NCBI GenBank assembly: GCA_045116295.1
Contig: JBGULQ010000012.1
Coordinates: 25,678 to 89,677, forward strand
Direction: 5' to 3'
From: Alphaproteobacteria bacterium
Lineage (GTDB): Bacteria > Pseudomonadota > Alphaproteobacteria > RF32 > CAG-239
Length of the DNA stretch: 64,000 nucleotides
Numbering within the stretch: the stretch's first letter is position 1; each line of letters begins with the position of its first letter. A program made the translations under genes and the position numbers. The notes under the pieces are model-generated. The model worked only from the letters and a program-made list of their open reading frames with translations, made no database searches and was not told where the DNA came from. This document shows positions 22,881-34,591 of the stretch, one piece after another.

Positions 22881-23040
22881 AAACGTTGGTTTAAATCAAT
22901 CATTTTCGTGCATTCTCTCCAAGTATCAAAATCTAGCATTTTCAATCCATTATCTTGTGTGATCAGTTTTTAAGAAACTGCTTTTTTGCCCCAATCATAA
23001 ACCAACGTTTATGATAAGGATCAAGATTGCAACATTGCAC

Positions 23041-23074
23041 AAAAAAGGGTATGAAGATTTTCATACCCTTTTTT
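23041..23074 (-). terminator. Terminator closing the S10/spc cluster after rplO
   Basis: AAAAAAGGGTATGAA-gat-TTCATACCCTTTTTT. Confidence 0.85.
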
Positions 23075-23092
23075 GAAAACACATTGCAAATT

Positions 23093-23584
23093 TTATTTTT
23101 TAGCTTTTGTATTTTTTTCGGCAGCAATCACATTAACTTTACCGCCGGCCTTCTCAATTGCAGCAATTGCAGCTTTTGAAGCAGAATCAACTGAAACATT
23201 GACCGCAGTAGTAACTGCACCGCGAGCCAACAAACGAACGCCGTCATAAGTTCTGTTAACAATTCCGGCCTTTGTCAAAGCTTCTAAATCAACTTTATCT
23301 GCTTTCAACTTACCGGCATCGATTGCGTTTTGCAAAGTATCCAGATTTACAACAACAAACTGCTTAGCAAACGGATTTTTAAAACCACGTTTTGGAAGTC
23401 TGCGGTAAATCGGCATTTGTCCGCCTTCAAAACCATTGATAGCAACACCGCTGCGAGCTTTCTGTCCTTTTTGACCATGGCTGGAAGTTTTGCCTTTGCC
23501 ACTTCCGATACCACGACCAACTCTGATGCGGTTTTTGGTTGCTCCATAGTTGTCTTTTAATTCATTAAGTTTCATTTTCTTCAC
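23093..23584 (-). CDS. rplO: 50S ribosomal protein L15
   Basis: [21 protein letters not shown]. Confidence 0.98.
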   Translation of the reverse strand: MKKMKLNELKDNYGATKNRIRVGRGIGSGKGKTSSHGQKGQKARSGVAINGFEGGQMPIYRRLPKRGFKNPFAKQFVVVNLDTLQNAIDAGKLKADKVDLEALTKAGIVNRTYDGVRLLARGAVTTAVNVSVDSASKAAIAAIEKAGGKVNVIAAEKNTKAKK

Positions 23585-23638
23585 CTAACATTTTCAGCGG
23601 GCTTGGTGGTCCTGAACTCAAGACCACCGCCCCGACTA

Positions 23639-23821
23639 TTAATCTACGATTTGAACCAAATGAGGAATTTTATTAACCATTCCTCTGATTGCCGCAGTAT
23701 CTTCCAACTCAACAACCTTGTTCATCTTGTTCAAGCCAAGTCCGATAAGAATGGCTTTTTGCTTTGCCGGACGACCGATTGGGCTGGCGATTTGCTTAAC
23801 TTTTATAGTTTTCTTTGCCAT
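23639..23821 (-). CDS. rpmD: 50S ribosomal protein L30
   Basis: [22 protein letters not shown]. Confidence 0.96.
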   Translation of the reverse strand: MAKKTIKVKQIASPIGRPAKQKAILIGLGLNKMNKVVELEDTAAIRGMVNKIPHLVQIVD

Positions 23822-23824
23822 TGA

Positions 23825-24388
23825 TTAAGCCTCCTCTTTTTCCAATTTTGCACCGGCTGCGCCTTCTCTACGGCTTACAATATCACCGACTTTTTTACCG
23901 CGTTTTGCAGCTACCATTCTCGGAGAATGAATAGACAACAAAGCATCAAAAGTAGCCTTAATCATATTGTAAGGGTTGTTAGAACCCAGCGATTTTGCAA
24001 CCACGTCCTGTACACCCAAAACTTCAAAAATTGCACGCATCGGACCACCGGCAATAACACCGGTACCGGCAGGAGCAGTTCTCAAAACTACCTTACCTGC
24101 GCCATAGCGACCATGTGCATCATGGTGCAATGTTCTGCCTTCGCGCAAAGGAATGCGAACGAGGTTTTTCTTAGCTTCATTAGTAGCTTTAGTAATAGCT
24201 TCCGGAACTTCGGCAGCTTTACCAGAACCAAAACCGACGCGACCTTTCTGATCCCCTACTACTACAACAGCAGCAAAAGACATTGTACGTCCGCCTTTAA
24301 CGGTCTTAGCTACACGGTTAATATGAACCAGTCTCTCGACCAATTCTTCTTTCTTTTCTGTTTTACGACGATCTACAGCTTGTGTCAT
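23825..24388 (-). CDS. rpsE: 30S ribosomal protein S5
   Basis: [20 protein letters not shown]. Confidence 0.98.
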   Translation of the reverse strand: MTQAVDRRKTEKKEELVERLVHINRVAKTVKGGRTMSFAAVVVVGDQKGRVGFGSGKAAEVPEAITKATNEAKKNLVRIPLREGRTLHHDAHGRYGAGKVVLRTAPAGTGVIAGGPMRAIFEVLGVQDVVAKSLGSNNPYNMIKATFDALLSIHSPRMVAAKRGKKVGDIVSRREGAAGAKLEKEEA

Positions 24389-24398
24389 ACTAACCTCC

Positions 24399-24761
24399 TT
24401 AGAATTTCAAACCAGCTTCACGAGCAGCATCAGCCAAAGCCTTAACACGGCCATGATAAATGTAACCGCCGCGGTCAAAAACCACTTCGCTTACACCGGC
24501 TTTCAATGCTCTTTCAGCAACAGTTTTACCAATAACACCGGCTGCGGCAACAGTAGAAGTCTTCTGAACATTTGTTCTTACTTCCTTATCCAAAGTAGAA
24601 GCAGAAGCTACGGTTGCGCCTTTAATGTCGTCAATGATTTGTGCGTAGATATGCTTACCACTGCGAAAAACTGACAATCTCATCTTGCCGTTTGCAGAGT
24701 TTCTCAAAGCTGTTCTAACGCGAGCTTGTCTTTTCTTAAACAATTTTCTTGGCGTACTCAT
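24399..24761 (-). CDS. rplR: 50S ribosomal protein L18
   Basis: [19 protein letters not shown]. Confidence 0.98.
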   Translation of the reverse strand: MSTPRKLFKKRQARVRTALRNSANGKMRLSVFRSGKHIYAQIIDDIKGATVASASTLDKEVRTNVQKTSTVAAAGVIGKTVAERALKAGVSEVVFDRGGYIYHGRVKALADAAREAGLKF

Positions 24762-24772
24762 TAAATTATTCC

Positions 24773-25312
24773 TTACTTCTTCTTGCCTTCTTTACGACGA
24801 ACATATTCGTTTGTATATCTTACACCCTTACCTTTATACGGCTCTGGTTTTCTGTACTCACGAATTTTATCGGCGACTTGACCGACAAGCTGCTTATTTG
24901 CACCGAAAACAGTCAACTGTGTCGGTGAAACGCATGTAATTTTAATACCTTCAGGAGCCTCATAAATTACATCATGAGAAAATCCCAAAGACAATACTAA
25001 CTTTTTAGAGCCTTCCATTCTGGCTTTATAACCTACGCCTATCAAATCCAACTGTTTGGTAAAGCCTTCACTTACACCTTTAACAATTGAATTAATCTGA
25101 GCACGGGTTGTTCCCCACAAAGCTCTTGCTTGTTGTGATTGACTTAACGGAGTAACCACAACTTTGTTTTCTTCCAATTTGGTGCTGACGTGACTATCAT
25201 CAAAAGTAAAAGACAGTTCTCCGTTTTTACCCTTGGCAATAACCTTGTTGTTTTCAATTTTGACTTCAACACCGGCAGGGATAACAACTGGATATTTTCC
25301 AACTCTAGACAT
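24773..25312 (-). CDS. rplF: 50S ribosomal protein L6
   Basis: [15 protein letters not shown]. Confidence 0.98.
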   Translation of the reverse strand: MSRVGKYPVVIPAGVEVKIENNKVIAKGKNGELSFTFDDSHVSTKLEENKVVVTPLSQSQQARALWGTTRAQINSIVKGVSEGFTKQLDLIGVGYKARMEGSKKLVLSLGFSHDVIYEAPEGIKITCVSPTQLTVFGANKQLVGQVADKIREYRKPEPYKGKGVRYTNEYVRRKEGKKK

Positions 25313-25324
25313 ACCAATTCTCCC

Positions 25325-25723
25325 TTAAAATACCTGACAAAGAATTTCACCGCCGACATTAGCCTTGCGAGCATCACTGTCGCTCATAACTCCTTGTGGA
25401 GTAGAGACGATTGAAATTCCCAAACCGTTATAAACTCTCGGAAGGTCTTTAACGCTTGAATATACGCGACGACCCGGAGTAGATACACGATAAATTTCTT
25501 TAATCACTGAAGCACCTTCAAAGTACTTCAACTGAATGCGAAGTTCGTCAATACCGGCCTTTACATTATATCTTTCATAACCCAAGATATAGCCTTCTTT
25601 TTTCAAAACTTCTAATACGCTTTCACGCAGGCGAGAAGCAGGAGAGGTAACTTCCTTTTTCTTCGCGCTTTGTGCGTTTCTAATGCGTGTGAGCATATCG
25701 CCCAAAGGATCAGACATAGACAT
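25325..25723 (-). CDS. rpsH: 30S ribosomal protein S8
   Basis: [21 protein letters not shown]. Confidence 0.98.
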   Translation of the reverse strand: MSMSDPLGDMLTRIRNAQSAKKKEVTSPASRLRESVLEVLKKEGYILGYERYNVKAGIDELRIQLKYFEGASVIKEIYRVSTPGRRVYSSVKDLPRVYNGLGISIVSTPQGVMSDSDARKANVGGEILCQVF

Positions 25724-25740
25724 ATCTAACTAACCTCCTA

Positions 25741-26046
25741 CTACCAGCTTGATTTAACCAAACCGGGGATTTCGCCAAAGCTTGCCATTCTTCTCAACTC
25801 ATTGCGGCAAAGCTTAAATTTGCGATATACCCCGCGTGAACGACCGGTATTCTCACAACGGTTCTTAATGCGAACACGAGAAGAACTACGCGGCAATTCT
25901 GCTAACTTTAATACTTTCTTGAAGCGTTCTTCAGGAGAAGTATTTTTATCTTTAATCTCCGCGACCAACTTGTTGCGACGAGCAGCAAATTTCTGGGCCT
26001 TGGCGACTCTTTTTAAGTTTCTGTAAACTGAACTTGTTTTTGCCAT
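25741..26046 (-). CDS. rpsN: 30S ribosomal protein S14
   Basis: [19 protein letters not shown]. Confidence 0.97.
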   Translation of the reverse strand: MAKTSSVYRNLKRVAKAQKFAARRNKLVAEIKDKNTSPEERFKKVLKLAELPRSSSRVRIKNRCENTGRSRGVYRKFKLCRNELRRMASFGEIPGLVKSSW

Positions 26047-26059
26047 ATTTTATCTCCGC

Positions 26060-26599
26060 TTAGTTCTTAATCGGTAAGTTAAAACTGGTCAGAAGCTCTT
26101 TTGCTTCTTCATTAGTCTTAGCCGTTGTACAGATAACGATATCCATACCGCGAACGGCATCAACCTTTTCATAGTTGATTTCCGGAAAGATAATCTGTTC
26201 TTTAATGCCGAAAGCAAAGTTGCCACGACCATCAAAGTTCTTTCCTTGAATGCCGTGAAAGTCTCTGATTCGAGGAAGAGCCATATTAACCAATCTCTCC
26301 AAGAATTCATACATCTTATCGCGTCTCAAAGTAACTTTGCAGCCCAAAGGCATACCTTCTCTTACTTTGAAAGTTGCAATAGATTTACGAGCATGAGTAA
26401 TGATAGCCTTTTGTCCGGCAATCTGGCTCATTTCATCAGCAGCATTGTTCAATTTTTTCTTGTCTGTAACTGCGTCACTAACGCCCATGTTCAAGACAAT
26501 CTTGGTCAGCTTTGGAACTTCATGTGGATTCTTGTAACCGAATTTTTCCACAAGAGCTTTCTTAATGACCTCGTTATATAACTTTTCAAAATTTGTCAT
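26060..26599 (-). CDS. rplE: 50S ribosomal protein L5
   Basis: [19 protein letters not shown]. Confidence 0.98.
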   Translation of the reverse strand: MTNFEKLYNEVIKKALVEKFGYKNPHEVPKLTKIVLNMGVSDAVTDKKKLNNAADEMSQIAGQKAIITHARKSIATFKVREGMPLGCKVTLRRDKMYEFLERLVNMALPRIRDFHGIQGKNFDGRGNFAFGIKEQIIFPEINYEKVDAVRGMDIVICTTAKTNEEAKELLTSFNLPIKN

Positions 26600-26612
26600 C
26601 TTTCAAAATCCC

Positions 26613-26933
26613 TTATTTGTCGATTACTTCACCGGATTTGCGAGCAAAACGAACTTTGCGCCCGCTAACTTCCTTATATCCAACTTTGGTTCCTTTGCCG
26701 CTCTTTGAATCAACCAAAGCAACATTAGAAACATGTATCGGTGCTTCTTTAGTAATGATACCGCCGGCCGAATTTTGGCTCGGTTTTGTATGACGCTTAA
26801 CAAGGTTAATACCTTGAACGACAACTTTACCCTCTTTCGGCATAGCTCTTACTACTTCACCGGTCTTGCCTTTGTCATCACCTGACAAAACAATAACCTG
26901 ATCACCTTTTTTAATTTTCAATTTAAGGTTCAT
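26613..26933 (-). CDS. rplX: 50S ribosomal protein L24
   Basis: [21 protein letters not shown]. Confidence 0.98.
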   Translation of the reverse strand: MNLKLKIKKGDQVIVLSGDDKGKTGEVVRAMPKEGKVVVQGINLVKRHTKPSQNSAGGIITKEAPIHVSNVALVDSKSGKGTKVGYKEVSGRKVRFARKSGEVIDK

Positions 26934-27301
26934 TATAATACCTCCGGTGCTAATGAAATTATCTTCATAAATTTCTTTGCACGCAACTCTCTGGTAACAG
27001 GGCCAAAAATACGAGTACCGATTGGTTCTCCATCCTTGTTAATCAGAACGGCGGCATTAGAATCAAAGCGGATTACAGAACCATCTTTGCGTCTTATGTC
27101 GCTTGCGGTGCGAACGATAACTGCTTTATGGACGTCACCTTTCTTAACACGTCCTTTCGGCAATGCATCTTTAATCGAGACTACGATTACGTCACCGACG
27201 GTTGCATGCATTCTCTTAGAACCGCCCAGAACCTTTATGCACTGCACCTGACGTGCTCCTGAGTTATCTGCAACATCCAGGTTGGTTTGCATTTGTATCA
27301 T
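26933..27301 (-). CDS. rplN: 50S ribosomal protein L14
   Basis: [15 protein letters not shown]. Confidence 0.98.
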   Translation of the reverse strand: MIQMQTNLDVADNSGARQVQCIKVLGGSKRMHATVGDVIVVSIKDALPKGRVKKGDVHKAVIVRTASDIRRKDGSVIRFDSNAAVLINKDGEPIGTRIFGPVTRELRAKKFMKIISLAPEVL

Positions 27302-27316
27302 TTTCTTATTCCTTCT

Positions 27317-27556
27317 CTATTCGGCGTTATCTACTAACACTGTCCAAGCCTTGGTCTTTGAATATGGTTTAGATTCAATAATCTTAACTTCATCACCAAT
27401 CTTGAACTGGTTGTTTTCATCATGAGCAGCATATTTTTTGCTCTTCTTAATGAATTTACGATAAACAGGGTGCATAACCTGACGTTCAACTTTAACGACA
27501 ACAGTCTTGTCCTGCTTATCACTAACTACAACACCTTGAAGAATTCTTTTAGGCAT
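27317..27556 (-). CDS. rpsQ: 30S ribosomal protein S17
   Basis: [15 protein letters not shown]. Confidence 0.98.
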   Translation of the reverse strand: MPKRILQGVVVSDKQDKTVVVKVERQVMHPVYRKFIKKSKKYAAHDENNQFKIGDEVKIIESKPYSKTKAWTVLVDNAE

Positions 27557-27567
27557 ATCTTTTTCTC

Positions 27568-27765
27568 CTAACTATTCTTCTTACGCTCAGCTAAAAGCGT
27601 ATTGATTTTTGCAATATCGCGACGGACTTTGCGCATACCAGCGGTATTTTGCAATTGTCCGGTTGAGTGCTGAACTCTCAGGTTAAATTGCTCTTTCTTA
27701 GCCTCAAGCAACTTAGCTTCCAATTCATCAACACTCAAAGAGCGAAGTTCTTTAATTTTTGCCAT
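27568..27765 (-). CDS. rpmC: 50S ribosomal protein L29
   Basis: [16 protein letters not shown]. Confidence 0.97.
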   Translation of the reverse strand: MAKIKELRSLSVDELEAKLLEAKKEQFNLRVQHSTGQLQNTAGMRKVRRDIAKINTLLAERKKNS

Positions 27766-27766
27766 C

Positions 27767-28195
27767 TTATGCTACTCCTTGGTCAGAATTGAGGCGTTTT
27801 ACAAACTTTGTCTTAATCGGGAGTTTGGCAGCGCCCAACGCAAATGCGGAACGAGCCAATTCTTCAGGAATTCCATCGATTTCAAACATAATTCTGCCTG
27901 GTTTCACTCTGGCGCACCAATACTCAATTGAGCCTTTACCTTTACCCATACGAACTTCGGCTGGCTTATCAGATACTGGTACATCTGGGAAAATTCGGAT
28001 CCATACTCTTCCGGCTCTTTTCATCTCACGTGTAATCGCACGACGAGCTGCCTCAATTTGACGAGCTGTAATACGATCAGGTGTCAAAGCCTTCAATCCA
28101 TACATTCCGAAACTTAATTCCGAGCCGCCCTTAGCCAAGCCGTGAATACGGCCTTTGTGCTGCTTGCGGAATTTTAATCTTTTTGGACTTAACAT
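27767..28195 (-). CDS. rplP: 50S ribosomal protein L16
   Basis: [15 protein letters not shown]. Confidence 0.98.
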   Translation of the reverse strand: MLSPKRLKFRKQHKGRIHGLAKGGSELSFGMYGLKALTPDRITARQIEAARRAITREMKRAGRVWIRIFPDVPVSDKPAEVRMGKGKGSIEYWCARVKPGRIMFEIDGIPEELARSAFALGAAKLPIKTKFVKRLNSDQGVA

Positions 28196-28214
28196 TTTCT
28201 TATAACCTCAAAGT

Positions 28215-28883
28215 TTACTTGTTGTCAGCCAACTTTTTGTCTTGAGCCATCGGATCATGAGCCATAATTTCGCCCTTATAAATCCAAACTTTAACGCCAC
28301 AAGCACCATAAGTTGTATGAGCTGTTGAAGTTGCATAATCAATGTCAGCACGCAGTGTGTGCAAAGGAACACGACCTTCACGGTACTGTTCTGTTCTTGC
28401 AATTTCAGCGCCGCCTAAACGACCACTGCAGCTAACCTTAATACCTTCAGCGCCAAGACGCAAAGCAGATTGCATAACACGCTTCATTGCACGACGGAAA
28501 GCAACACGTCTTTCCAATTGTTGTGCAACACTGTCAGCAACAAGCTGAGCATCCAACTCAGGTTTTCTTACTTCCAAAATGTTCAATTGAACCTCTGAAG
28601 AAGTCAAAGCCTGAATCTCTTTTCTCAAAGCTTCAATGTCTTGACCCTTCTTACCAATAACAATACCAGGTCTTGCCGAATGAATGGTAACTCTGGCTTT
28701 CTTGGCAGGACGTTCAATCACTATCTTGCTGATACCGGCTTGAGCCAGTTTCTCTTTCAAGAATTCTTTAATTTTAACATCTTCGTGCAGATATTCGGCA
28801 TAGTTATCATCCGCATACCAACGAGAGTCCCAAGTACGGTTAACCCCTAAACGAAGACTTGTAGGATTTGCTTTCTGTCCCAT
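28215..28883 (-). CDS. rpsC: 30S ribosomal protein S3
   Basis: MGQK start, [14 protein letters not shown]. Confidence 0.98.
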   Translation of the reverse strand: MGQKANPTSLRLGVNRTWDSRWYADDNYAEYLHEDVKIKEFLKEKLAQAGISKIVIERPAKKARVTIHSARPGIVIGKKGQDIEALRKEIQALTSSEVQLNILEVRKPELDAQLVADSVAQQLERRVAFRRAMKRVMQSALRLGAEGIKVSCSGRLGGAEIARTEQYREGRVPLHTLRADIDYATSTAHTTYGACGVKVWIYKGEIMAHDPMAQDKKLADNK

Positions 28884-28887
28884 AAAC

Positions 28888-29262
28888 TTACTCCCCACGC
28901 TCGGTTACAACGATAGTAATGTTGGAGAACGGTTTCAAAACACGAGCTCCTCTTCCGCGACCGCGTGCGTGCATGCGTTTCATTACCAAACCTTTTCCGC
29001 AATAAGCTTCACTAACATAAAGCTTATCAATGTTTAACTGATGATTGTTTTCAGCATTTGCAATTGCAGATTGCAAAACTTTCAAAACCGACTTTGCAAT
29101 TCTCTTCTTTGAGAAAGTGAGCTCTGCAACAGCCTTTTCAACGCTTAAACCGCGAATAGTTTGAGCAACTAGGTTAAGTTTTTGCGGGCTAGTACGCAAT
29201 GCGTTGCAAACGGCTTGAGCCTGATTTGCAGCGAGACTTCTAGTATTCTTAGACTTTCCCAT
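28888..29262 (-). CDS. rplV: 50S ribosomal protein L22
   Basis: [18 protein letters not shown]. Confidence 0.98.
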   Translation of the reverse strand: MGKSKNTRSLAANQAQAVCNALRTSPQKLNLVAQTIRGLSVEKAVAELTFSKKRIAKSVLKVLQSAIANAENNHQLNIDKLYVSEAYCGKGLVMKRMHARGRGRGARVLKPFSNITIVVTERGE

Positions 29263-29264
29263 TA

Positions 29265-29543
29265 CTAACTCCTATTTGCTTTTTTATCAGCGGCGTGGCC
29301 ATAGAAAGTACGAGTAGGAGCAAATTCACCGAATTTGTGACCAATCATATCCTCTGTAACCAATACCGGGATAAACTTATGACCATTGTGAACACCAAAT
29401 GTCAAACCGACAAACTGCGGCAACATTGTGGATCTGCGAGACCAAATCTTAATAACTTCATTACGAGTCGAAGTTCTGGCCGCATCAGCTTTCTTCAGAA
29501 GATATCCATCAACAAACGGTCCTTTCCATACTGAACGTGTCAT
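29265..29543 (-). CDS. rpsS: 30S ribosomal protein S19
   Basis: [21 protein letters not shown]. Confidence 0.98.
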   Translation of the reverse strand: MTRSVWKGPFVDGYLLKKADAARTSTRNEVIKIWSRRSTMLPQFVGLTFGVHNGHKFIPVLVTEDMIGHKFGEFAPTRTFYGHAADKKANRS

Positions 29544-29557
29544 TAGCTTATCTCCTT

Positions 29558-30391
29558 TTATTTCTTATTATCATGACGCGAACGCATAATAAAGCGATCG
29601 GTCTTCTTGTTAGAACGAGTTCTTCCGCCCTTGGTAGGTTTACCCCACGGAGTAGTCGGGTTACGACCACCTGATGTACGGCCTTCACCACCACCCATCG
29701 GGTGATCAACCGGGTTCATAGCAACACCGCGAGAAACCGGACGCATACCCAACCAGCGAGCACGACCGGCCTTACCCAAGGACTTGTTTTGATTGTCCGG
29801 ATTAGAAACAGCACCGACAGTAGCCAAGCACTCTTCACGAACAATTCTCAATTCTCCGGAGCTCAGTTTCAATTGAGCATAGCCGGCATCTTTACCAACA
29901 ACTTGAGCATAGCAACCGGCAGAACGAACCAACTGTCCGCCTTTGCCAGAACGCAACTCAACGTTGTGAATAATTGTACCAACCGGCATATTCTTCAAAG
30001 GCATAGCATTACCCGGTTTAATATCAGCCTTTTGAGCTGAAATAACTTTGTCGCCGGCCTTCAATCTTTGAGGAGCCAAGATATAAGCTTTCTCGCCGTC
30101 TTCATAGCTAATCAAAGCAATGAAAGAAGAACGATTCGGATCATACTCGATTCTCTCAACTGTAGCTTCCATATCAAACTTATTACGCTTAAAGTCGATA
30201 ATTCTGAGCTTGCGTTTATGTCCGCCGCCCTTTCTCCGACTTGTAACATGTCCGAAATTATCACGCCCACCGGTCTTAGTAAGACCAATTGTCAAAGACT
30301 TCTCAGGAGCGCCTTTATAAAGCTCGCTTCTGTCAACAATAACCAATTGACGAAGTCCAGGAGACGAGGGCTTAAATGTTTTCAATACCAT
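29558..30391 (-). CDS. rplB: 50S ribosomal protein L2
   Basis: [19 protein letters not shown]. Confidence 0.99.
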   Translation of the reverse strand: MVLKTFKPSSPGLRQLVIVDRSELYKGAPEKSLTIGLTKTGGRDNFGHVTSRRKGGGHKRKLRIIDFKRNKFDMEATVERIEYDPNRSSFIALISYEDGEKAYILAPQRLKAGDKVISAQKADIKPGNAMPLKNMPVGTIIHNVELRSGKGGQLVRSAGCYAQVVGKDAGYAQLKLSSGELRIVREECLATVGAVSNPDNQNKSLGKAGRARWLGMRPVSRGVAMNPVDHPMGGGEGRTSGGRNPTTPWGKPTKGGRTRSNKKTDRFIMRSRHDNKK

Positions 30392-30394
30392 CTT

Positions 30395-30712
30395 TTAAAT
30401 TCCTGTTGTAACATCAATATTTTGACCTTCGGCAAGAGTAACCAAAGCTTTTTTATAATCAGAACGTTGTCCGACATAGCCTCTGAATCTTTTAACCTTG
30501 CCAAACTGACGAATAGTATTCACTTTAACGACCTTTACGCTAAAAATAGCCTCTACGGCAGCTTTAATAGCTTCTTTGCTGGCCTCTGTCGGAACTTTGA
30601 AAACAACTTTTCCGTTCTCAGATGCAAGCATAGACTTCTCAGTGATTACCGGACGAACCAATGTGTCGTACATCGACGCAACTACATTGTTGGCTTTTAC
30701 ACTCTTTTTCAT
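30395..30712 (-). CDS. rplW: 50S ribosomal protein L23
   Basis: [15 protein letters not shown]. Confidence 0.97.
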   Translation of the reverse strand: MKKSVKANNVVASMYDTLVRPVITEKSMLASENGKVVFKVPTEASKEAIKAAVEAIFSVKVVKVNTIRQFGKVKRFRGYVGQRSDYKKALVTLAEGQNIDVTTGI

Positions 30713-31338
30713 TTCAGTCTTTCCTCCAAGCAGTTAACGGCGTCTTTGGTCAACACCAGTTTGTCTCTTCTTAAGATGTCATATACATTGGCACCCATTG
30801 TCGGCAAAACATCTACACCGGCAATATTGCGTGATGCCAAAGCAAAATTGATATCTACTTCGTTACCGGCAATAAACAAACAATTGTTCCATCCCAAATT
30901 GTTCAATTTGCTTTGCAAATCTTTTGTCTTTGGAGAAGACAATTTTGCCTCGTCGATAACTGCCAAGTTGCCTTCCTTAACTTTTGAAGAAAGAGCAATC
31001 TTCAGACCCAATTGTCTGAATTTCTTGGTCAACTCATGTGATTGATCACGAACAACTGGACCAAACACGATTCCACCCTTTCTAAACTGAGTACCCTTGC
31101 GGCTACCTTGACGAGCATTACCAGAACCTTTTTGCTTGAAAGGTTTTGAAGGTGTCAAAGCAACTTCAGAGCGCCCTTTAGTTTTGTGGGTGCCGGCTTG
31201 CATTTTGGCTAACTGCCATCTTACAACCCTTTGCAAAACATCAGCTCTTACTTCCAAACCGAAAATCGATTCATTAAGTTCAATTGAGCCAACATTTTTA
31301 TTATCTAAACTTAAGATGTCCTGTTTCATAACTTTCAT
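30709..31338 (-). CDS. rplD: 50S ribosomal protein L4
   Basis: [22 protein letters not shown]. Confidence 0.97.
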   Translation of the reverse strand: MKVMKQDILSLDNKNVGSIELNESIFGLEVRADVLQRVVRWQLAKMQAGTHKTKGRSEVALTPSKPFKQKGSGNARQGSRKGTQFRKGGIVFGPVVRDQSHELTKKFRQLGLKIALSSKVKEGNLAVIDEAKLSSPKTKDLQSKLNNLGWNNCLFIAGNEVDINFALASRNIAGVDVLPTMGANVYDILRRDKLVLTKDAVNCLEERLK

Positions 31339-31346
31339 CCTTTATC

Positions 31347-32066
31347 TTATGCATTATCAGCTGTTTCAGCTTTAACTGCGACAGGTGCATCAACTTTTTT
31401 CAAACCAGCAGGCAACGGAAGCTCTACATTGGCTGTTTTTTTAACGGCATCGGTAATACGAACCCAAGCGTTTTCTCCGCCCGGAACACCACCTTTAACC
31501 ATAATCAAACCTTTGTCAGCATCAACAGCCACAACTTTCAGGTTTTGAACAGTTACACGTTCACTACCCATATGTCCGGCCATTTTCTTGCCCTTGAATA
31601 CTTTACCCGGGTCCTGTCTTTGACCTGTAGAACCATGTGAACGGTGAGAAATAGAAACACCGTGGCTGGCTTCCAAACCGGCAAAGTTGTGACGTTTCAT
31701 AACGCCGGCAAAACCTTTACCAATTGAGGTAGCACAAACATCTACATATTGTCCGCAGACAAAATGTTCTACAGATAACTCAGAACCAACAGAAAGCAGG
31801 CAGTCTTCAGAAACTCTGAACTCACCCAATTTCTTTTTAGGCTCAACATTAGCCTTTGCAAAATGTCCTTTCAATGCTTTTGAAACATTTTTCGCTTTAA
31901 CAGCACCTGTACCGAGTTGAACAGCTGTATAGCCATCTTTCTCTTGTGTTTTAACGGCAACAACCTGAAGATTGTCAACGCTCAAAACAGTAACCGGTAC
32001 ATGAGTTCCGTTTGCTTCAAAAATGCGGGACATTCCCAATTTTTTTGCGATCAAACCAGTACGCAT
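31347..32066 (-). CDS. rplC: 50S ribosomal protein L3
   Basis: [23 protein letters not shown]. Confidence 0.98.
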   Translation of the reverse strand: MRTGLIAKKLGMSRIFEANGTHVPVTVLSVDNLQVVAVKTQEKDGYTAVQLGTGAVKAKNVSKALKGHFAKANVEPKKKLGEFRVSEDCLLSVGSELSVEHFVCGQYVDVCATSIGKGFAGVMKRHNFAGLEASHGVSISHRSHGSTGQRQDPGKVFKGKKMAGHMGSERVTVQNLKVVAVDADKGLIMVKGGVPGGENAWVRITDAVKKTANVELPLPAGLKKVDAPVAVKAETADNA

Positions 32067-32157
32067 TTTTTATTTTTCCTTTTCAATAGGTTGACTAACT
32101 TTATTTCACGAAAGCCAACATTGCTTTTTATTACGGGTAATTATTTATAACAAACAA

Positions 32158-32469
32158 TTACAGTTTAATTTCGACATTAACACCGGCGGCCAAATCGAGC
32201 TTCATCAAAGCATCTACGGTTTGCGGTGTTGGGTCAACGATGTCAAGAAGTCTCTTGTGAGTTCTGATTTCGAACTGCTCACGAGATTTTTTATCTACGT
32301 GCGGAGAACGGTTAACCGTAAACTTCTCGATTCGTGTCGGCAGAGGTATCGGACCTCTTACATTTGCCCCTGTTCTTTTGGCTGTGTGTACGATCTCTGT
32401 TGTAGATAAATCGAGCAAACGATGATCAAAAGCCTTGAGGCGAATTCTTATATTTTGTGTATCCATCAT
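32158..32469 (-). CDS. rpsJ: 30S ribosomal protein S10
   Basis: [23 protein letters not shown]. Confidence 0.99.
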   Translation of the reverse strand: MMDTQNIRIRLKAFDHRLLDLSTTEIVHTAKRTGANVRGPIPLPTRIEKFTVNRSPHVDKKSREQFEIRTHKRLLDIVDPTPQTVDALMKLDLAAGVNVEIKL

Positions 32470-32640
32470 TTCAAATACTTTTCCTATAACTAGACGGCAC
32501 GATTCGCACGCAGCGAACTGGCCGACTAAACAATTAACCTATGCAAAATACCTTTAAAATTCAAGGATTTGCGGGATATTTTTTATTACAACCGAATAGA
32601 CAGATTCATCCCATCCAATCGGTTAATGTGTCGGCTTTGT
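32470..32640 (-). promoter_or_regulatory. Candidate structured S10-operon leader
   Basis: GCCGAC/GTCGGC and ATTAACC/GGTTAAT long-range pairing with internal hairpins. Confidence 0.45.
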
Positions 32641-32696
32641 AACATATTCAATATTATATTGCAAGCAAAAAAATCACATTTTTTCTATTTTTTAAC

Positions 32697-32725
32697 AAAA
32701 CAGGAATCGCTTGCTGCGATTCCTG
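32697..32725 (-). terminator. Terminator after ORF 32780-34033
   Basis: CAGGAATCGC-ttgct-GCGATTCCTG with an adjacent A-run. Confidence 0.7.
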
Positions 32726-32779
32726 TTGAGTCAATTTTCCGATTCGTATTTTTTATCTTTTGGACAAAATTATGATTAA

Positions 32780-34033
32780 CTAAGCCCTTTCTCTTGCTTG
32801 CCGCATCTTCCATAGATTAAAGCCGTTATTCAAAAGATCATTACTTTTTTCTTCTCTGTCTGCAATCATTTCAAAAACATTTTCACGGTTTGCCATATCA
32901 CCATTTCTATCATGCATTCTTGCCCGCAAATCATTAATCCGCGCTTGCATTTCCTGATGCCCAGACTGAACATTTTCCACAAAACTATGTAACCTCTGCG
33001 GCATATTATTTGGCAAGTCTTCTAATTTTACAGATCTAGACTCTCTTATCTTTTCATAATCAGAATTTCTCTTTTGAGTTTTGCGTTCATCTTCATGAGA
33101 TGATGGTGCATTTTGCTGTTTTTCCAACTCAGCAGACTGCCCACCATCACGTGTATGATAATCTTGTTCTTTCTGAATTTTATGCAATTCAATTTTATTT
33201 TTCTCAGCCATTTTTAGTAAATCTTTGTCATTCATATTATTTAACTGATACTCAAAACAATCTTTTGCATATTCACTAGTATGGAAAACAGCCACCGGTT
33301 TATTATAATAATAGCTACTGAACGGTGCATTTACACGCTCATTATTACCCCCCGTATAAGTAACTTTTCCTTCAGCATCAACATTTACGCGTACACAGTG
33401 CAAACCAGTTGATGTATTACTAGCTTTGCCAACTTCTATATACATAAGATCTCCATCTTTTAACTTTGGCTTACCCGATGCATCTTTTTTCACATGCCCA
33501 CTGGCATCAACAAATGATGAAACTTTTATGCTTTTGTCCTTTATTCTTTGGTCATACGAAATATTTTTGCCATTGTTATTACATGTAGAATTTTCCACAT
33601 ACCCGCCACTGGCATAATACGCCATTGAACACTTTGTACTAACACTGGCAGAACATCCAACCGAATCAACTTTGCACATAGGGCTCTTTTTGCGATTATC
33701 TACTGTTTTAAGACACAATGGATTATCATTACCTGGAATACAATCCTTTCCTGCTTTATATAAACTTGAAAATTGAATAGCAACACAGTAATTATCACCG
33801 GTAAGTCCGGTTTCTTGACAGTGAACTCTACACGCGTATCTCTTACGTTCTATTGACGACTTTCCTTTTGTATGTTGCTGAATATCTTTAACCGCATGTG
33901 TCAGTACCGCACGTTGTCTTTCAATGCAACTTGCTGTCTCACAATTAGCAATCTCTTCTACCAAACGTTTACGTTCTTCTGCCGTCAAAGAAGATTGCCC
34001 ACCTTTATCTACAACGCCCATTTTTGCCTCCAT
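32780..34033 (-). CDS. Hypothetical Cys-rich protein, possible CHAP/NlpC-P60-like domain
   Basis: NYCVAIQ ... KDGDLMY ... GLHCVRV ... YTGGNN pattern; GGAGG RBS; own terminator. Confidence 0.5.
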   Translation of the reverse strand: MEAKMGVVDKGGQSSLTAEERKRLVEEIANCETASCIERQRAVLTHAVKDIQQHTKGKSSIERKRYACRVHCQETGLTGDNYCVAIQFSSLYKAGKDCIPGNDNPLCLKTVDNRKKSPMCKVDSVGCSASVSTKCSMAYYASGGYVENSTCNNNGKNISYDQRIKDKSIKVSSFVDASGHVKKDASGKPKLKDGDLMYIEVGKASNTSTGLHCVRVNVDAEGKVTYTGGNNERVNAPFSSYYYNKPVAVFHTSEYAKDCFEYQLNNMNDKDLLKMAEKNKIELHKIQKEQDYHTRDGGQSAELEKQQNAPSSHEDERKTQKRNSDYEKIRESRSVKLEDLPNNMPQRLHSFVENVQSGHQEMQARINDLRARMHDRNGDMANRENVFEMIADREEKSNDLLNNGFNLWKMRQARERA

Positions 34034-34111
34034 ACCGACCTTATGCTATCAGTATACCATAAAAACAAATTGCCAACAAGCATCAAGACGTTAAATTTTT
34101 GTAAAATATAT

Positions 34112-34146
34112 AAAAAAACAGCCACTTCAATATCAAAGTGGCTGTT
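34112..34146 (-). terminator. rplS terminator
   Basis: AACAGCCACTT-loop-AAGTGGCTGTT with A-run. Confidence 0.75.
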
Positions 34147-34164
34147 CTATAATATTGCTAAAAA

Positions 34165-34551
34165 CTACTCTGCATCTTTAGCTTTTGCGGATGCTGACAA
34201 ATCGTCGGCAATACGAGCCGAACGACCGCGCAAAGCACGCAAGAAATATAACTTAGCACGACGTACTTTACCGATACGAGAAACCTCAATCTTCGCAATA
34301 TTTGGAGAATACAACGGAAATACACGCTCTACACCCTCGCCAAAAGAGATCTTACGAACGGTAAATGAAGAATTCAAACCGTCATTTTTGCGAGCAATAC
34401 AAACGCCTTCATAAACCTGAATACGTTCTCTATCACCTTCCTTAACTTTGGTGTGAACTTTCAGAGTATCGCCTGCCTTAAACTCAGGAAAATTCTTTCC
34501 TTCGCTGAGCTTTGCAATTTGCTCTTTTTCAACTTCTTTCAAAATGTTCAT
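34165..34551 (-). CDS. rplS: 50S ribosomal protein L19
   Basis: [21 protein letters not shown]. Confidence 0.98.
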   Translation of the reverse strand: MNILKEVEKEQIAKLSEGKNFPEFKAGDTLKVHTKVKEGDRERIQVYEGVCIARKNDGLNSSFTVRKISFGEGVERVFPLYSPNIAKIEVSRIGKVRRAKLYFLRALRGRSARIADDLSASAKAKDAE

Positions 34552-34591
34552 AACTGTTACCTTTTCTTAAAATGTTTGTTATCTTTTATGC

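Noticed and set aside
30068-31045. 325-aa plus-strand ORF
   Set aside because: Antisense shadow of rplB/rplW/rplD
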